Shown here piece after piece: positions 62,303 through 64,000 of a stretch of DNA of 64,000 bases. The stretch spans positions 3,237 to 67,236 of the forward strand of contig CAMATN010000004.1 in NCBI GenBank assembly GCA_945861155.1, written 5' to 3'. The notes beneath the pieces were generated by a model. The model searched no databases. It had not been told where the DNA came from and saw only the letters and a program-made list of their open reading frames with translations. The position numbers and the translations under genes were made by a program. How positions within the stretch are numbered: position 1 is the stretch's first letter; each line of letters starts with the position of its first letter. The DNA is from Rhizobium sp. Q54. Lineage in GTDB: Bacteria; Pseudomonadota; Alphaproteobacteria; ATCC43930; CGMCC-115725.

Positions 62303-62328
62303 GTGCTACCCGGCCGGCCGGGTAGCAC
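62303..62328. repeat. perfect 26-bp palindrome GTGCTACCCGGCC|GGCCGGGTAGCAC
   Basis: 13+13 nt arms with no loop, intergenic, at the edge of the low-GC patch. Confidence 0.85.
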
Positions 62329-62540
62329 GGAGAACCGTTTGCCGGTGCGGTATCCCCGAACAGGCCTTCAGACAGGTTTTTCGCCTGACAGCTCGTATCT
62401 CCTGGAGGGAACTTGCCCTGGCCCGGCGGGGCGTTTCCAGGGCGGATCTCGGCGTGTTTCCGCTCGTCCGCAAAGTTAACGTTTCCTGCGGGGGCATACT
62501 ATAGTATGCACATCACTTCTCGTTGATCCAGGAACGACCG

Positions 62541-62747
62541 ATGTACAAGATAGAGTTGACGAGGGGCCAGGGATGGAACGCCCCGGTTATCGAGATGCAT
62601 TCCGTGATAGCCAGCACCCACATGGCTGAGGTGGAACGGATGGCGGAAAGGCTGCTCGCCGAGGCTCGGCGCAAACCACGCGGGCCGGATGGGTACCGGA
62701 TCGTTGATTCGGCCGGAAGGCATCTTAAGGCTAACACCCCGCGATGA
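62541..62747 (+). CDS. hypothetical 68-aa protein
   Basis: The ATG lies 8 nt after AGGA. No motif recognised. Confidence 0.3.
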   Translation: MYKIELTRGQGWNAPVIEMHSVIASTHMAEVERMAERLLAEARRKPRGPDGYRIVDSAGRHLKANTPR

Positions 62748-63028
62748 TCGCGTGTCGGGAACTCGCTCGGCGAAAGGCTGTCTTTTTGCCCGCACATACT
62801 CAGAATTAACTGCGGACTCAATCCGGTCCAGAGATCGCTCGCCGGCCTCACGCCATGGGGAATCGGCAGGTCGACCAGGTCGGGAATGAGTCACGGGCGA
62901 TCCTTCAGTTGCGGTCTCGCGACCGCTTTACGGCTATCGCGCGAAATTGTAATTTAATGCTTTCGAAAGGGAGCGGTGCCAGTGTTCCTCTCACTCAGGC
63001 TCTGGTGAGGGTGGACTAAGGACCGTCG

Positions 63029-63592
63029 GTGCGAAGGATGAGATGCATTTTTTCTCAAATGCGGCGGGCCCCGCGTCGCCAGCGTCCCTTGGGGATCTTC
63101 GCGACCGCCGGCCCGGGCGGCGCCAAAAGTCTCCTGGCGCTGGCATGTCGCGCCGTGCTCAATCTGCGAGGGGACCGCGGTGGCACCAGCGCCGTCGAGT
63201 TCGCCCTGATTGCCCCCTTGCTGCTGCTGCTGGCGGTGGGAACGGTCCAATTCGGCCTCACATTGAATAATTATATCCTGCTGACCGAAGCGGTGCGCAC
63301 CGGCTCGCGCCAGTTTGCCGTCAGCCGTGGCAGCAGCGTGAAGCCCTACACCGACTCGATCAACTCGATGCACAGGTCGGCGCCCACCCTCGACCGCGCC
63401 AGCCTGACAATCGCGATCCAGGTCAACGGGGCCTCGTGCTCCGGCGATACAGCCTGCACCAGCGCATTGGCAGCCGCGCAAGGTCAACCCGCGACCGTTG
63501 CCGCGTCCTATCCCTGCAAACTCGTCGTGATGGGGTACGACTTCGCACCGGGCTGTACGCTGGCTTCCTCCACGACGGAGCGCATAGAATGA
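63029..63592 (+). CDS. tadE: TadE-family pilus assembly protein
   Basis: GGTSAVEFALIAPLLLLLAVGTVQFG is the TadE-like N-terminal motif. The start is uncertain (GTG 63029, ATG 63038 or 63059). Confidence 0.75.
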   Translation: MRRMRCIFSQMRRAPRRQRPLGIFATAGPGGAKSLLALACRAVLNLRGDRGGTSAVEFALIAPLLLLLAVGTVQFGLTLNNYILLTEAVRTGSRQFAVSRGSSVKPYTDSINSMHRSAPTLDRASLTIAIQVNGASCSGDTACTSALAAAQGQPATVAASYPCKLVVMGYDFAPGCTLASSTTERIE

Positions 63593-64000
63593 ATGAGAAG
63601 CTGAAATCCGTTCTGAGCCGCCTCCACCACGACCGGCGCGGCTCGATGGCTGTCATGATGGCGGCCGCGACGCTTCTTTTTGTGGGGATCGGCGCCGTGG
63701 TCGTCGATATCGGATATCTTTTTCACGTTCGCAGCATCCTCCAGGCATCGGCCGACAAGGCGGCATTGGCGGGCGCCCAGGACATCAACTGCTGCAAAAA
63801 TTCGCCAGGTAAGGCGGTGACTACAGCAATTTCGTACAGCGCGGTCAAGGGCAACATGAACGCCGATCCGAAGCTGAACATCACAATGGAGAGCGGGTAC
63901 CCCTCATTGCGATGCTTCACGAGCACCGGGATTCCGTGTTCCGGGCCCGATTCCGCCAACGGAATCGTGGTGAAGCAGCAAACGGATGTTCCGGTATTCT
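63589..64000 (+). CDS. TadG-like pilus assembly protein, partial (runs off the window)
   Basis: The ATG overlaps the tadE stop (ATGA). RRGSMAVMMAAATLLFVGIGAVVVDIGYLF is the Tad membrane-anchor motif. Open to the window end and absent from the track. Confidence 0.7.
   Translation, partial: MNEKLKSVLSRLHHDRRGSMAVMMAAATLLFVGIGAVVVDIGYLFHVRSILQASADKAALAGAQDINCCKNSPGKAVTTAISYSAVKGNMNADPKLNITMESGYPSLRCFTSTGIPCSGPDSANGIVVKQQTDVPVF

Overview
High-GC (about 65-68% by eye) chromosomal segment of alphaproteobacterial type. It is mostly ordinary metabolic and transport genes: glutamate synthase gltBD, a Liv-type ABC uptake operon with amidohydrolase, cyclase and VOC genes, three family-III CoA-transferases, an frc/oxc-like/acyl-CoA dehydrogenase cluster, agmatinase plus an ornithine-decarboxylase-fold enzyme, sodC and rlpA. 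It also holds capsule export genes (kpsE, kpsT, kpsM, a Wza-like protein, two glycosyltransferases) and scattered Flp/Tad pilus genes.

The main feature is a 6,895-bp AT-richer element at 5061-11955. It has perfect 23-bp terminal inverted repeats and an 8-bp target duplication, and it carries one IS1595-family transposase plus nine cargo ORFs with no function I can assign. These include several Zn-ribbon, HTH and wHTH proteins, a membrane-anchored protein and a GrlR-like beta-barrel. The element sits precisely inside kpsM, and excising it in silico restores the reading frame. This cargo is my best candidate for an undescribed system.

Other points:
- An in-frame TAG in a cyclase-family gene inside the ABC operon.
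- gltB and gltD separated by an operon-embedded binding-protein gene and a hicAB module.
- A phd/vapC pair.
- Two Flp pilin genes of 53 aa, below the ORF-track cutoff.
- Three neighbouring small genes broken at homopolymer runs, next to an IS5 remnant.
- Four copies of a MITE-like palindromic repeat family and several GC-rich hairpins.
- A pseudo-receiver domain.
- A low-GC patch ending in a perfect 26-bp palindrome inside the tad region.

I saw no rRNA, tRNA or CRISPR array. All family assignments come from motif recognition by eye and need database confirmation.
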